Below, piece by piece: positions 45,804-55,142 of a DNA stretch of 64,000 nt (position 1 is its first letter; every line of letters starts with the position of its first letter). The translations under genes and the position numbers were made by a program. Under the pieces are notes generated by a model. The model was not told the origin of the DNA. It did no database searches and saw only the letters and a list, made by a program, of their open reading frames with translations. This stretch comes from a virus: IMG/VR virus record IMGVR_UViG_3300020048_000085. One strand, given 5' to 3'.

Positions 45804-46561
45804 ATTGTAATGTTTAATGCGACATGACGTTGATTTGTTATATAATATGATTTTGTTGTTTTTATTTTATCTAAATATTTCCCATTTCTTAATATTATTA
45901 TATCATATAAATTACCTCTATTACTCTTTATTTCTCTATATAAACCCAAATAATTAGTATTAAAACTTAATGAACCATCTGATTCAATTTTTATGTTATC
46001 TTCTACTCTACATTGATTAAGAAATGGTTTTACTTGAAGAGTAAATTTTTCATTATTGTATATAAATGAGCCATCAATACCAGAAATATCTTCAGCGACA
46101 GTTGGATTTGTTATTTTACCACCAATAAGTTTTTCAAAAGCTTTTTTCACTTCAATTTCTCCTCTAGAACCTTTGTTTGATGTGCGTGTTATAATAGTAT
46201 ATGAGTTATCAAAAAAAACTCCATCGTAATGAAATAACTGAAATAAATTATTTTTTATATATTTGAAAAAAGTCTCTTTATCTCTTATTTCATTTCTTTT
46301 AATTATACTATTGTAGTTTTTAAAATTATGAATAAATTTACCAATATATTCTGTTTTATATTTTTTATCATTTATTTCAATAATTTTATTTACTCCATAT
46401 ACAAATCCAAATTTAGAATAAACACTATCAAGATATTTATGAATATAATCATCTATTTCATTTAAATCATGTTTCGTTAATTCTATTTCTACATATTCTT
46501 TATTCATATTAATATAAGATAACTTTTTTATTTCAGGTATCTTCTGCGTATTATCTATCAT
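45800..46561 (-). CDS. Hypothetical protein (253 aa)
   Basis: ORF. It is preceded on the minus strand by the terminator of the candidate small RNA. Confidence 0.45.
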   Translation of the reverse strand: MIDNTQKIPEIKKLSYINMNKEYVEIELTKHDLNEIDDYIHKYLDSVYSKFGFVYGVNKIIEINDKKYKTEYIGKFIHNFKNYNSIIKRNEIRDKETFFKYIKNNLFQLFHYDGVFFDNSYTIITRTSNKGSRGEIEVKKAFEKLIGGKITNPTVAEDISGIDGSFIYNNEKFTLQVKPFLNQCRVEDNIKIESDGSLSFNTNYLGLYREIKSNRGNLYDIIILRNGKYLDKIKTTKSYYITNQRHVALNITI

Positions 46562-46599
46562 ATTTATTTAATTAGTTATTAATCAATACAAATATAACG

Positions 46600-46780
46600 A
46601 AAAAAAGTGAAACAACCTAATGTTTCACCTTTTAATTTAAAAAATAAATAAGAGAGATAGCTTACACACACCTAAAAATTATTTAATTCGCCAGGACCTT
46701 ACCCTGAATCTCTCCGTTTGTATAAATACAAAAACCTAGAAAACTTTAAAAAAGTTTCACTAGGTTTGTCATATTTAATA
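46600..46780 (-). ncRNA. Candidate structured small RNA (about 180 nt) with its own intrinsic terminator; function unknown
   Basis: A 330-bp ORF-free island with clearly higher GC. Minus-strand reading gives a long imperfect hairpin (aaacctagtgaaac...gtttcactaggttt on the plus strand at 46732-46767), a closing stem gagagat/atctctc (46652-58 with 46708-14), and a terminal hairpin gtgaaaca-N6-tgtttcac (46607-28) followed by U7. No tRNA-like T-arm was found. Confidence 0.35.
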
Positions 46781-46891
46781 TTATAATAACAGATGTTTTA
46801 TTCATAAATTGTATATTATATATAAATCATTTTATTTGATTTTTTTCTAATAAATATAACTTAATTATTTATTATTTAAATTCTAAATTGA

Positions 46892-47440
46892 TTATAATTT
46901 ACATATTCTATCACCAGCACTAGATGCTCCATATGCAAAAGGCTTACCCATAACTTTATATTTTTCTCCACATAACCAACCCATTACATCATTATATATT
47001 TTGTTTGATTTATTATTAGACATTCTTGCTCCATTTCTTGTGGATTTTGTTGAATTTAAATCTACATGTATCTCAACTAATTTTTCTGGTATTGAATTAT
47101 CATAATAATTTCTATCAAATTTATAGTAGTAATTACCCCTTAAAGAATCATCCAATGATTCAGCAATTTTGTGAGCTGCAACTGCTTCATCCCATAATTT
47201 TGTTATCATATCTTTCTTAGGTACATTATATTTAGTATAAACTACATGAGCACCATTTCTTTTAAATTCATTATAAAATACAACTGTAATAGCATAACTA
47301 GTTTGTCTTGATCGAGTATTAGAATCACAACCAACAATAATTTTACTTTTATTATCTATATTTTTAACATAATTTAATACATATTCATTTATGTTTGAAA
47401 TTTTTTCACCGTTTGCTTTTTTCCATACTAAGTTTGTCAT
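46892..47440 (-). CDS. Hypothetical protein (182 aa)
   Basis: ORF only; no motif recognised. Confidence 0.45.
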   Translation of the reverse strand: MTNLVWKKANGEKISNINEYVLNYVKNIDNKSKIIVGCDSNTRSRQTSYAITVVFYNEFKRNGAHVVYTKYNVPKKDMITKLWDEAVAAHKIAESLDDSLRGNYYYKFDRNYYDNSIPEKLVEIHVDLNSTKSTRNGARMSNNKSNKIYNDVMGWLCGEKYKVMGKPFAYGASSAGDRICKL

Positions 47441-47710
47441 AAGTCTTATTTATTTTTATTAAAAACAATATATTTGTTATTTTCATATAAGTTTATCATT
47501 TAATTGATATTTATTGTTTTTTTATTATAATATAATCTATATAAATAAAATATTATAACAATTACAATAATTATAGAACAATACAATATATTTAGTATCT
47601 TTGATAGTGGTTTATAATAATACTTATATCGTTTTTATAACATTTTTTAATTCAAAAAATATAAACTTATTTGATAATTGTATGTATATATTTCAAAAAT
47701 AATATAAATA

Positions 47711-47947
47711 ATGAAACATTTCAGAATATTACAAATAAAAAATAAGAATAAATATTATATTATTCAATATAATGTTAGTTTATTTATTGGTTTAAACTAT
47801 TGGACTAATTATAATAACATTAAATACAACAAATACGAAGATGCTATTAATATAGTAAAAGAAAATATAAATAAATCAGATTACGAAACAAATTCAATAG
47901 TGTATCATTATATTGACGCTTATAAATTATATAAGATTAAAAAATAA
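47711..47947 (+). CDS. Hypothetical small protein (78 aa)
   Basis: ORF only. Confidence 0.35.
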   Translation: MKHFRILQIKNKNKYYIIQYNVSLFIGLNYWTNYNNIKYNKYEDAINIVKENINKSDYETNSIVYHYIDAYKLYKIKK

Positions 47948-47979
47948 TGACTCAGTATTATTAACTAAAAAAGATTATA

Positions 47980-48708
47980 ATGTCAAAAATTAAAACAAAT
48001 AAAGAATATACTATTAAAATAGAACATCCAACATTAGGTATTTATTACTATTCATATTGTGGATTTAATGATAAATTTAGACCATTTGTATTTACAAAGA
48101 ATTTATCAAAAGTACAAACATGGAAAACAACAAAATTTGTTGAGAAACATATAGAGTCAATTCTATCAAAAATAAATCAAAAGTCTGGTAAAATTTATTT
48201 ATCACTTGGAACTGAACCAGATGAAAATTTATCCAGAGAATTAAAAGAAAATTCTATTATATCAAGAAAAATGAATTATTATATAATAGAAAAAACAGAT
48301 AATATTAGATCAAAGATAGGTTTGATAACAGCAGAAGAAAATATAAAAGAATTAGATGTTACTCTAATACAAGATTCTGATATGATTGCAAATGAATATA
48401 TTAATATTAAAAATAATTTTTATATTAACAAAATAAATAAAATTTCTAATGATAATATAAACGTAAGCGAAATTATAACAAATATTGATAATACATTACT
48501 ATCTATGAATAGTTTTGATTGTATACAAAAAAAATTTTATGATAAAGTAAATAAATATAATAAAGATATATTTTGTTATAAAGAATCTTGTAAAATTATT
48601 AAAGAAGAAAAAAACTATAATGGATTATATTTAGAAATATATGATGCATCTAATAAATTTAGAAAATTAAAGATACAAACATTAAGACAACTACAATCAA
48701 ATGAATAA
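47980..48708 (+). CDS. Hypothetical protein (242 aa)
   Basis: ORF only. Confidence 0.45.
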   Translation: MSKIKTNKEYTIKIEHPTLGIYYYSYCGFNDKFRPFVFTKNLSKVQTWKTTKFVEKHIESILSKINQKSGKIYLSLGTEPDENLSRELKENSIISRKMNYYIIEKTDNIRSKIGLITAEENIKELDVTLIQDSDMIANEYINIKNNFYINKINKISNDNINVSEIITNIDNTLLSMNSFDCIQKKFYDKVNKYNKDIFCYKESCKIIKEEKNYNGLYLEIYDASNKFRKLKIQTLRQLQSNE

Positions 48709-48738
48709 AAATTTGCAATTTGCAAATTGCAAATTTTT
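48707..48738. repeat. Triple TTGCAA palindromic repeat (aaatTTGCAAtTTGCAAaTTGCAAattt) between convergent genes; a terminator and/or operator-like site
   Basis: Three copies of the self-complementary hexamer TTGCAA at 7-8 nt spacing, within an A-run / T-run context. Confidence 0.45.
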
Positions 48739-49348
48739 ATATTAATTCTTTAACCAAGTCAATTTTACTATTAGAACATATCCAACCAACTCTTTTTTGT
48801 CCTGTTTTTGGATCAGTTAAAAATTTATTATACCTGCAACCAATAGACAACAAATCATCTTTAATTTTTCTAGTATCTTCACCAAATATTGCATATGCTT
48901 TATCTGAATATTTAATTATTTCAATATTATCCTTTTTGTCAAATGTGTTTATTGATTTAATGTGTTTTAATTTAGATACTTTTGGAGCTTTTGTAATTTC
49001 AGTTTTTTCAGGTGAATACATCAAGAAAACTTCAGTTAATGACATTAGATTACCTTCTTTATCTTCCCAATGTTGAGAAAAATTGTGTTGAGAAATTTTG
49101 TGTTTTTTTAGTAACGTTCTAACCAAAGCAGTATCAATCTTTGTATTTAAATTTCCAATTTTAACTAATTCTAATGGTGTTGTCCAACTACCCTTACCTA
49201 ATCCACTTTTAACTTTATGAGATTTCATTTCAAGATATACAGAATTATCTTCTTTATCTAATAATATTTCTGCTGTAACATCATTGTAGTCATATTCCCA
49301 TTGATAGTAGCTTTTATTCTTTACTAACACTTCAAGATTATCAATCAT
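48737..49348 (-). CDS. Hypothetical protein (203 aa)
   Basis: ORF. The plus-strand ORF 48720..49076 overlapping it is treated as spurious. Confidence 0.45.
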   Translation of the reverse strand: MIDNLEVLVKNKSYYQWEYDYNDVTAEILLDKEDNSVYLEMKSHKVKSGLGKGSWTTPLELVKIGNLNTKIDTALVRTLLKKHKISQHNFSQHWEDKEGNLMSLTEVFLMYSPEKTEITKAPKVSKLKHIKSINTFDKKDNIEIIKYSDKAYAIFGEDTRKIKDDLLSIGCRYNKFLTDPKTGQKRVGWICSNSKIDLVKELI

Positions 49349-49419
49349 ATTTATAAATTAATTTTATGTTCTATATATAAAAAAATAAACTTTTTTATTT
49401 TTATAATATAAAAACAAAC

Positions 49420-49725
49420 ATGAAAACAATATATTTGACTATTAATAATAATTTAGAATTTAGTTTTGATTTAGAATCAGAGAAAGCTTTTTATAGACAC
49501 AGAAGAGAAATTGAAGAAATGTGTGAAACATATTTATTTGAGTTTAATTCAGAGCAAACTATGACAGAAATAAAAAATAAAATATTACAAATATTAAGTA
49601 CTGATATACAAAATATTAGAAAAAATAAACTCAAAAAAATTGATGAGTCATGTGGAATAAAAAGTGAACAAAAAATGAGATGGTTTGATATAAAATTTGA
49701 AATTACATCAAATAAATTAAATTAA
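49420..49725 (+). CDS. Hypothetical protein (101 aa)
   Basis: ORF only. Confidence 0.4.
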   Translation: MKTIYLTINNNLEFSFDLESEKAFYRHRREIEEMCETYLFEFNSEQTMTEIKNKILQILSTDIQNIRKNKLKKIDESCGIKSEQKMRWFDIKFEITSNKLN

Positions 49726-49735
49726 ATTTAAAAAT

Positions 49736-50185
49736 ATGTCGTTACCTCATTTTACTAAACAAAATTATAATCAAATGTATTCAAATACAATTCATCAAAG
49801 TCAATATGAAGTTATGTTTGAAAATGAATATTTATCGGAGTCTTGCTATGCCATTGAAAATAATATCATGAAATTTAATTTGAATATAATATATGGTAAT
49901 TTACAACCATTTGAATATATTAATTATATGATTATAAATAATAAAAATATAAGATATTTAAAAATAAACAATTATAACAAAGAAGGTGATGTTGTATATA
50001 GTATTTTTCTGAAAAACTTTAAATTTAGTAAAACTAATATATTAGATTTTAATTGGAAAGATAATGATATTAAGGAATTATATGTCAATTTCGAATATGA
50101 AAATATTAAATTGATAACAGCAAAAAATATTAATTCTTTTTTAAGAAAGATTAAGTTGGAGTACTTAAAAGAAAAAGAGTCATAA
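49736..50185 (+). CDS. Hypothetical protein (149 aa)
   Basis: ORF followed by a hairpin terminator. Confidence 0.4.
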   Translation: MSLPHFTKQNYNQMYSNTIHQSQYEVMFENEYLSESCYAIENNIMKFNLNIIYGNLQPFEYINYMIINNKNIRYLKINNYNKEGDVVYSIFLKNFKFSKTNILDFNWKDNDIKELYVNFEYENIKLITAKNINSFLRKIKLEYLKEKES

Positions 50186-50199
50186 TTGACTCTTTTTTA
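50172..50199. terminator. Bidirectional intrinsic terminator
   Basis: Stem aagagtca / tgactctt with loop taat and a T-run of 6. It lies between convergent genes. Confidence 0.6.
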
Positions 50200-50200
50200 T

Positions 50201-50617
50201 TTAATCTTCTTCTTGAATATCATACTGAACATCATCCTGAACATCATCTTCATCTAGAAATTCGATTTCGTCATCATCATCAATATTAATTAATTTAATA
50301 TCATCTGAATAAACAACATATTCTTTAAGTTTTTCTAATTCATCATAGAATTCTATCTCAGATAAATTATCTAGTATATCAGCCAATTCACCTTTAGATA
50401 GCTCATAATTTTCTTCATCTTTATATTCATCTAAAGATATTTCACCTTGAGTATCTAATATTTCTAATATTTGATCAATAGCATCATGCTTATATTCCCA
50501 AAATGATTCTGTTTCTCCATTTATTCTAACTTCCCATTTGTTGTCATTTTCATCTTGTGTATCATCAAGTATATTTTCTTTAACATAGTTAAATTCTGCA
50601 AATTTTTTAAGACTCAT
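50201..50617 (-). CDS. Highly acidic small protein (138 aa), candidate DNA-mimic / anti-restriction-like protein
   Basis: Asp/Glu make up about 35% of residues, with C-terminal DDDDEIEFLDEDDVQDDVQYDIQEED. There are no hydrophobic segments. Confidence 0.45.
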   Translation of the reverse strand: MSLKKFAEFNYVKENILDDTQDENDNKWEVRINGETESFWEYKHDAIDQILEILDTQGEISLDEYKDEENYELSKGELADILDNLSEIEFYDELEKLKEYVVYSDDIKLINIDDDDEIEFLDEDDVQDDVQYDIQEED

Positions 50618-50652
50618 AATAGTTTTCTTTTTTTTGTATATATAAAAAATGC

Positions 50653-51780
50653 TTATTTCAGTTTATCAATAATATCAATTATTTGTTCTAATGATAATCC
50701 TTGTTTCATATATTTATAAACATCAAATCTATCAACATCAAGGCTAGATTTATAATGTTTATATAATTCATTATTTAGTATATTATATTTATTTATATCA
50801 TCCATATTTTTAAACTCATTACCTTCATATCTTATTGATTCAATATTAATTGTTTCTTTTGGGTTGAAAATTGCATATGTATTATGATTATCTTCTTTTG
50901 CTACATATCCACTAAAACCAAGTGCTTTAATTGAACTAGAAACAGAATCATTTTCATAATATCTCCAAGTATTAGATAATTTTATATTTTTTGGTTTTTT
51001 ATTCCATGGTTTTTCTACAGTTTTTGAATAATCTTCCATCATATCTTTTTTACCAATTTCAAATAATTCAACACCTTTATTATATTCTTCATCTGTTAAT
51101 TCAAATCCACCATATGCCTTTTGATGTTTTCTACTAAGAAATAAACCTGTCAAATGATCAGATATATTATATATTGATACTCCTTTATTTTTAACTACAT
51201 CTTTAACATAATCAATAAATTCTTTAAAGTGTTTACGATACTCATATCCAAAGTGATGATTACCATATGATACTGATGATGCTCCTTCTAAATAATAATT
51301 AAAGTTTTTTTTGTCTATTGTATAAACATTATCATCATCTATTCTAACTACAATAAATTTATCAACAGGATATGATGGATCAGGAATTTCATCTCCAATT
51401 TTAGCAGTTAAAATATCAGGATTTGGCTCTATAATATCATCACCTTTTAATAATTCTAATATATCATCTTTTGTAAAATCATGCGGAAAACAAAAATTTG
51501 TCATATAACAAGTCACCTTATCAGGTAATTTATTTTTTAATTTTTGTAAATGTTCTCCATTGTTAGCATCAAATATTTCACCATTTAATTTACATATATA
51601 AACAATAGGCTCAGCATCCATTTCATTATCCATTGATTTTTCACTAGCATATTCCCAAGCAAATTTTGGATTATCTGAAAAAAATGTTATTCTATTTTTA
51701 AACTCACTAAATAAATACGGAGATCCATGATATAATACAAAATTTGACATCATTTTCTCAAAGGTTTTTAAATATTTCAT
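50653..51780 (-). CDS. Protein starting MKYLKTFEKM (FKxFE-family N-terminus) with a VLYHGSPYLF (H-G-S) motif; possible H-Y-E class ADP-ribosyltransferase or Tpt1-like enzyme
   Basis: It has the family N-terminus. The H-G-S motif immediately follows it, as in the PARP/DT-type nicotinamide pocket. The assignment is weak. Confidence 0.4.
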   Translation of the reverse strand: MKYLKTFEKMMSNFVLYHGSPYLFSEFKNRITFFSDNPKFAWEYASEKSMDNEMDAEPIVYICKLNGEIFDANNGEHLQKLKNKLPDKVTCYMTNFCFPHDFTKDDILELLKGDDIIEPNPDILTAKIGDEIPDPSYPVDKFIVVRIDDDNVYTIDKKNFNYYLEGASSVSYGNHHFGYEYRKHFKEFIDYVKDVVKNKGVSIYNISDHLTGLFLSRKHQKAYGGFELTDEEYNKGVELFEIGKKDMMEDYSKTVEKPWNKKPKNIKLSNTWRYYENDSVSSSIKALGFSGYVAKEDNHNTYAIFNPKETINIESIRYEGNEFKNMDDINKYNILNNELYKHYKSSLDVDRFDVYKYMKQGLSLEQIIDIIDKLK

Positions 51781-51831
51781 ATATTATTAATTTTTATTAC
51801 TACTATATATTATTATTTCAAATCTTTTTTG

Positions 51832-51839
51832 TATCTTTG
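51832..51839 (+). promoter_or_regulatory. TATCTTTG -7-like promoter element heading the long plus-strand gene run 51868-61787
   Basis: TATCTTTGT lies 28 nt upstream of the ATG at 51868. Confidence 0.35.
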
Positions 51840-51867
51840 TCTCTTAAATATATTAAATAGTAAAAAT

Positions 51868-52380
51868 ATGGATAATTTTGAGACATTTTTTAAATTCTGG
51901 ATAAATAAGAAAGTAAGAAAACAACTTAATGTGATAGATGAAATTTCAAAAGAAACTGGAATTGATGCTAAGAATTGGTTTATTAATGATTTTTTAGTTA
52001 GAAATATTAATAACCATGCTGGTGATGAATTTTTAGATGTTTTACTTGAAAATTTTCTATTAGAATTGTCAAATAAATTTGAGTATCTATTTAAGGATTA
52101 TATAGAACCAGAAAGGTATAATATTTACAAAGAACCAATCTTTGATATTAATATTAGTCTTGACTATGATTATAAAAACAATTGTATTATTATTGATGAA
52201 TATACTACAGATGATGACAAAGAACATATCATAAAAATAATAAAATCTTTGACTTTGGAACAAAAATTAGAATTGATGAATAATAAAATTTTTTCATATG
52301 TTATAAATAAAACAAAATTAGAAGTTTTTTCAATTAAAGATATAAGGGCTTTAAAATTAAAAAGTCTAAATGGATTATAA
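51868..52380 (+). CDS. Hypothetical protein; the start is moved to MDNFETFF (the track ORF begins at 51829 inside the promoter)
   Basis: It is the first ATG downstream of the TATCTTTGT element. Confidence 0.45.
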   Translation: MDNFETFFKFWINKKVRKQLNVIDEISKETGIDAKNWFINDFLVRNINNHAGDEFLDVLLENFLLELSNKFEYLFKDYIEPERYNIYKEPIFDINISLDYDYKNNCIIIDEYTTDDDKEHIIKIIKSLTLEQKLELMNNKIFSYVINKTKLEVFSIKDIRALKLKSLNGL

Positions 52381-52591
52381 TTTCAAATATAAAGTTGGAG
52401 ATGTTATAGATAAAAATCATTTTATATGTACTATTAAACATTTAGATTATCATTATTATGATATAGAATATTATGATTCGAATAATATTAAAAAATATAC
52501 ATTTGTTGATGCAATATATTTAGACGCAGCATCAAAATTAGAGTTAAAATATAGTAGAAAAGAAAAATTGAAAATAATAAATGAGTCATAA
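52370..52591 (+). CDS. Small protein with a KYKVGD small-barrel motif and an ELKYSRKEKLK tail
   Basis: It is paralogous to 52581..52814 and has an overlapping start/stop. Confidence 0.45.
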   Translation: MDYNFKYKVGDVIDKNHFICTIKHLDYHYYDIEYYDSNNIKKYTFVDAIYLDAASKLELKYSRKEKLKIINES

Positions 52592-52814
52592 GTGTAAATA
52601 TAAAGCAGGTGATATTGTAGTTTATTTTGGAGTATTAATTAATATTAAATTGGTTGATTTTCCTAAATATGGTATTGAATATATTAATCACATTAATACA
52701 CAGTATTCTGCAATTGATTCAAATTTTTTAGATTTAAATTCAGAATTAGAGTTAAAATATAGTAGAAAAGAAAAAATAAAAAAATTAAATGAAACTTCAA
52801 CAATGGTTAAATAG
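52581..52814 (+). CDS. Paralog of 52370..52591 (KYKAGDIV ... ELKYSRKEKIKKLN)
   Basis: It shares the N-terminal G-D-hydrophobic motif and the C-terminal tail. Confidence 0.45.
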   Translation: MSHKCKYKAGDIVVYFGVLINIKLVDFPKYGIEYINHINTQYSAIDSNFLDLNSELELKYSRKEKIKKLNETSTMVK

Positions 52815-53364
52815 TGCATATTTTTTAGAAAAAAATCAATTTGAAAAACGTGAATTATTAAAAGGTAGTATACTCACTGATAATTATTGTAATATCGGTA
52901 ATAATGTTACATGTTTTGATACTGAACCATATTGTTCTAAGATGAATGAGAGATTTTATTCTAAATCATCAAATAAATCTTGTGATTTAACTATTGGTAA
53001 ATCATATGAAATATTAGATCATAGAAAAGGAAAAATAAAAATATCTAATGATAGTAATAAGATAGTGTATGTCACAATTCATAGATTTATGTATTCTATC
53101 AAATATGAAAGAAAAGAAAAATTAATTAATATAAATAACTCAGAAGAAAATATTTTAAATGATACAACAAATAAAAAATTAATTTGTGTGTTGTGTGGTC
53201 AAGAATGGGGTAACATAAATAAATTCACAAATACTTGTGAAAATGAAAATTGTAGAGGATTTTGTACATGGGGATACGAGCCAATGAAACCTGAAAGTTT
53301 TGATATTAACGAAAATAATTTTTGGATTTTAAAAACAATACCTAAAAATATCAATGATTTATAA
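52789..53364 (+). CDS. Cys-rich hypothetical protein (191 aa) with an internal YERKEKLININ motif
   Basis: CVLCGQEW...CENENCRGFC cysteine cluster. Confidence 0.4.
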   Translation: MKLQQWLNSAYFLEKNQFEKRELLKGSILTDNYCNIGNNVTCFDTEPYCSKMNERFYSKSSNKSCDLTIGKSYEILDHRKGKIKISNDSNKIVYVTIHRFMYSIKYERKEKLININNSEENILNDTTNKKLICVLCGQEWGNINKFTNTCENENCRGFCTWGYEPMKPESFDINENNFWILKTIPKNINDL

Positions 53365-53378
53365 TAATTTTTAATAAT

Positions 53379-53768
53379 ATGCTAGATAATATTTCAACTA
53401 AAAAAATAAAAGAACATGTAATTAATACTGGTAAATTAATTGATGTCAAAAGTGGTAGATGTAGATATAACTACAAATGCCATATGAATGCTGTAAGTGA
53501 TGCATTAAGTAGTAAACAGAATAGTATTGGGATGTGTGTTTGTATAAATGATAATAATTGTTTTATTCATTTTGTCAACATATCAAAAAATAATACATAT
53601 ATTGATAATACACTAGGACAATGGTCTATTAATTATGATTATTATTTAATTGATATTATAGACAAAAAAGATTTTTTTAGTGTAAATGAAATATTTACTA
53701 AATATAGAAAGAAATTACACCAAAAATTACCACTATTATTAAGAATGGTAAATACTGTTGAGTTTTAA
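53379..53768 (+). CDS. Hypothetical protein (129 aa)
   Basis: ORF only. Confidence 0.4.
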   Translation: MLDNISTKKIKEHVINTGKLIDVKSGRCRYNYKCHMNAVSDALSSKQNSIGMCVCINDNNCFIHFVNISKNNTYIDNTLGQWSINYDYYLIDIIDKKDFFSVNEIFTKYRKKLHQKLPLLLRMVNTVEF

Positions 53769-54078
53769 TATTATGATTATAGATAAAACATATGGAATTT
53801 GGGATTTAATAAATCCTCCAATAATTGATGATATTGCATATTATTTATGTATGAAAGATTATATTTTTTATTGTAATCATTGTATTTATTTAAATGATTT
53901 TAATGTTATAACAAAATATGATCCACCATGTCAAAGTTGGGTTAAAGTTGTAAGATGTTATAAATGGTGTGATAACATTGTTAATTATTATGAAAAAGCA
54001 ACACACATAGTAGAGAAAAAAATTAGAAAAGAAAAATTAACAAAATTATATAATGAAGAAAAAAGTGGTTGTTTTTAG
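53758..54078 (+). CDS. Small protein paralogous to 37155..37397 (IIDKTYGIWDLINP...DIAYYL ... RKEKLTKLYN)
   Basis: Shared N-terminal and tail motifs. Confidence 0.45.
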   Translation: MSFNIMIIDKTYGIWDLINPPIIDDIAYYLCMKDYIFYCNHCIYLNDFNVITKYDPPCQSWVKVVRCYKWCDNIVNYYEKATHIVEKKIRKEKLTKLYNEEKSGCF

Positions 54079-54718
54079 TGGAGCCGGATTAGATGCTGAA
54101 AGTGGAGTTTCAACTTTCAGAACAGATAACGGATTGTGGGAAAATTATGATGTAAAAGATGTTGCAAATATTGATGGATGGAGAAATAATAGACAATTAG
54201 TATTAAACTTTTATAATGAAAGACATAAACAATTAGATGCAGTAGAACCGAATTCTGCACATTATTATCTTGCTGAATTAGAAAAAAAACATGATGTTTT
54301 TCACATAACTCAAAATATTACAGATTTACTTGAACGAGCTGGTTGTACAAATGTGTTACACCTCCATGGAGAATTAACAAAAATGAGAGGATTTAATAGT
54401 GGAACAATTTATGATTGGGATAAAGACTTTGATATTCAAACTCATAGTGTAGATGAAAATGGTGATACACTTCGTCCACATGTAGTTTGGTTTGGAGAAG
54501 ATGTTCCAAACATGGTAAAAGCTGAGAAATTAGTTAGAGATGCTGATGTGTTAATTATTATTGGCACGTCTTTATTAGTTTATCCTGCAGCAAACTTAGT
54601 ATATAAAGTTAAATTTAGAACTCCTATATATTATATTGATCCATCAAATTCAGATATTGATGATGTTATACACATCAAAGATGTTGCAACAGATGGTGTT
54701 AAAAAATTAAATTTATAA
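54053..54718 (+). CDS. Sir2-family NAD-dependent deacylase / ADP-ribosyltransferase (sirtuin), apparently lacking the zinc-binding cysteines
   Basis: GAGLDAESGVSTFR, TQNITDLLERAG and LHLHGEL are present in the canonical order. No CxxC pairs are visible in the small-domain region. Confidence 0.75.
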   Translation: MKKKVVVFSGAGLDAESGVSTFRTDNGLWENYDVKDVANIDGWRNNRQLVLNFYNERHKQLDAVEPNSAHYYLAELEKKHDVFHITQNITDLLERAGCTNVLHLHGELTKMRGFNSGTIYDWDKDFDIQTHSVDENGDTLRPHVVWFGEDVPNMVKAEKLVRDADVLIIIGTSLLVYPAANLVYKVKFRTPIYYIDPSNSDIDDVIHIKDVATDGVKKLNL

Positions 54719-54722
54719 AAAT

Positions 54723-55142
54723 ATGATAGATTTAGAAAAATTAAAAGAATTATTAAATGATCCTGAAACTCAGTTGAAATGGCAACAAAAAATTCAACTT
54801 GAAGAGAATCAAAAGAATAATAATATTGAAAGAGTCAAAAAAATGTTTAATGATCAAAAAACATTTGATGATTTGATGTTTAAAATATTAAGTAAAAATG
54901 GAGATGAACGTAAAGATATGTGTTATAAGAAAGGATATATGCCATATCCATCTACCTTATTATCTGTTATTTTTGATTTAGCTGAACAAGAAGGTGTAGA
55001 GATAGTTGAGTCAATCGATGATTTGACTGAACATTTTCCTAGTGCTATTTATAATTATAACGATTGGACATTTTCTTTGACTTTTGGACAAGGTACAAGT
55101 AGTAGCATATACTATAATAAAAAATTAATGTATAGTGATTGA
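54723..55142 (+). CDS. Hypothetical protein (139 aa)
   Basis: ORF only. Confidence 0.4.
   Translation: MIDLEKLKELLNDPETQLKWQQKIQLEENQKNNNIERVKKMFNDQKTFDDLMFKILSKNGDERKDMCYKKGYMPYPSTLLSVIFDLAEQEGVEIVESIDDLTEHFPSAIYNYNDWTFSLTFGQGTSSSIYYNKKLMYSD

Noticed and set aside
46681-46740. Possible tRNA in the GC-rich island
   Set aside because: No GTTCRANYC T-loop, no acceptor/T-stem cloverleaf and no anticodon arm could be drawn. The structure fits a hairpin-rich sRNA better.
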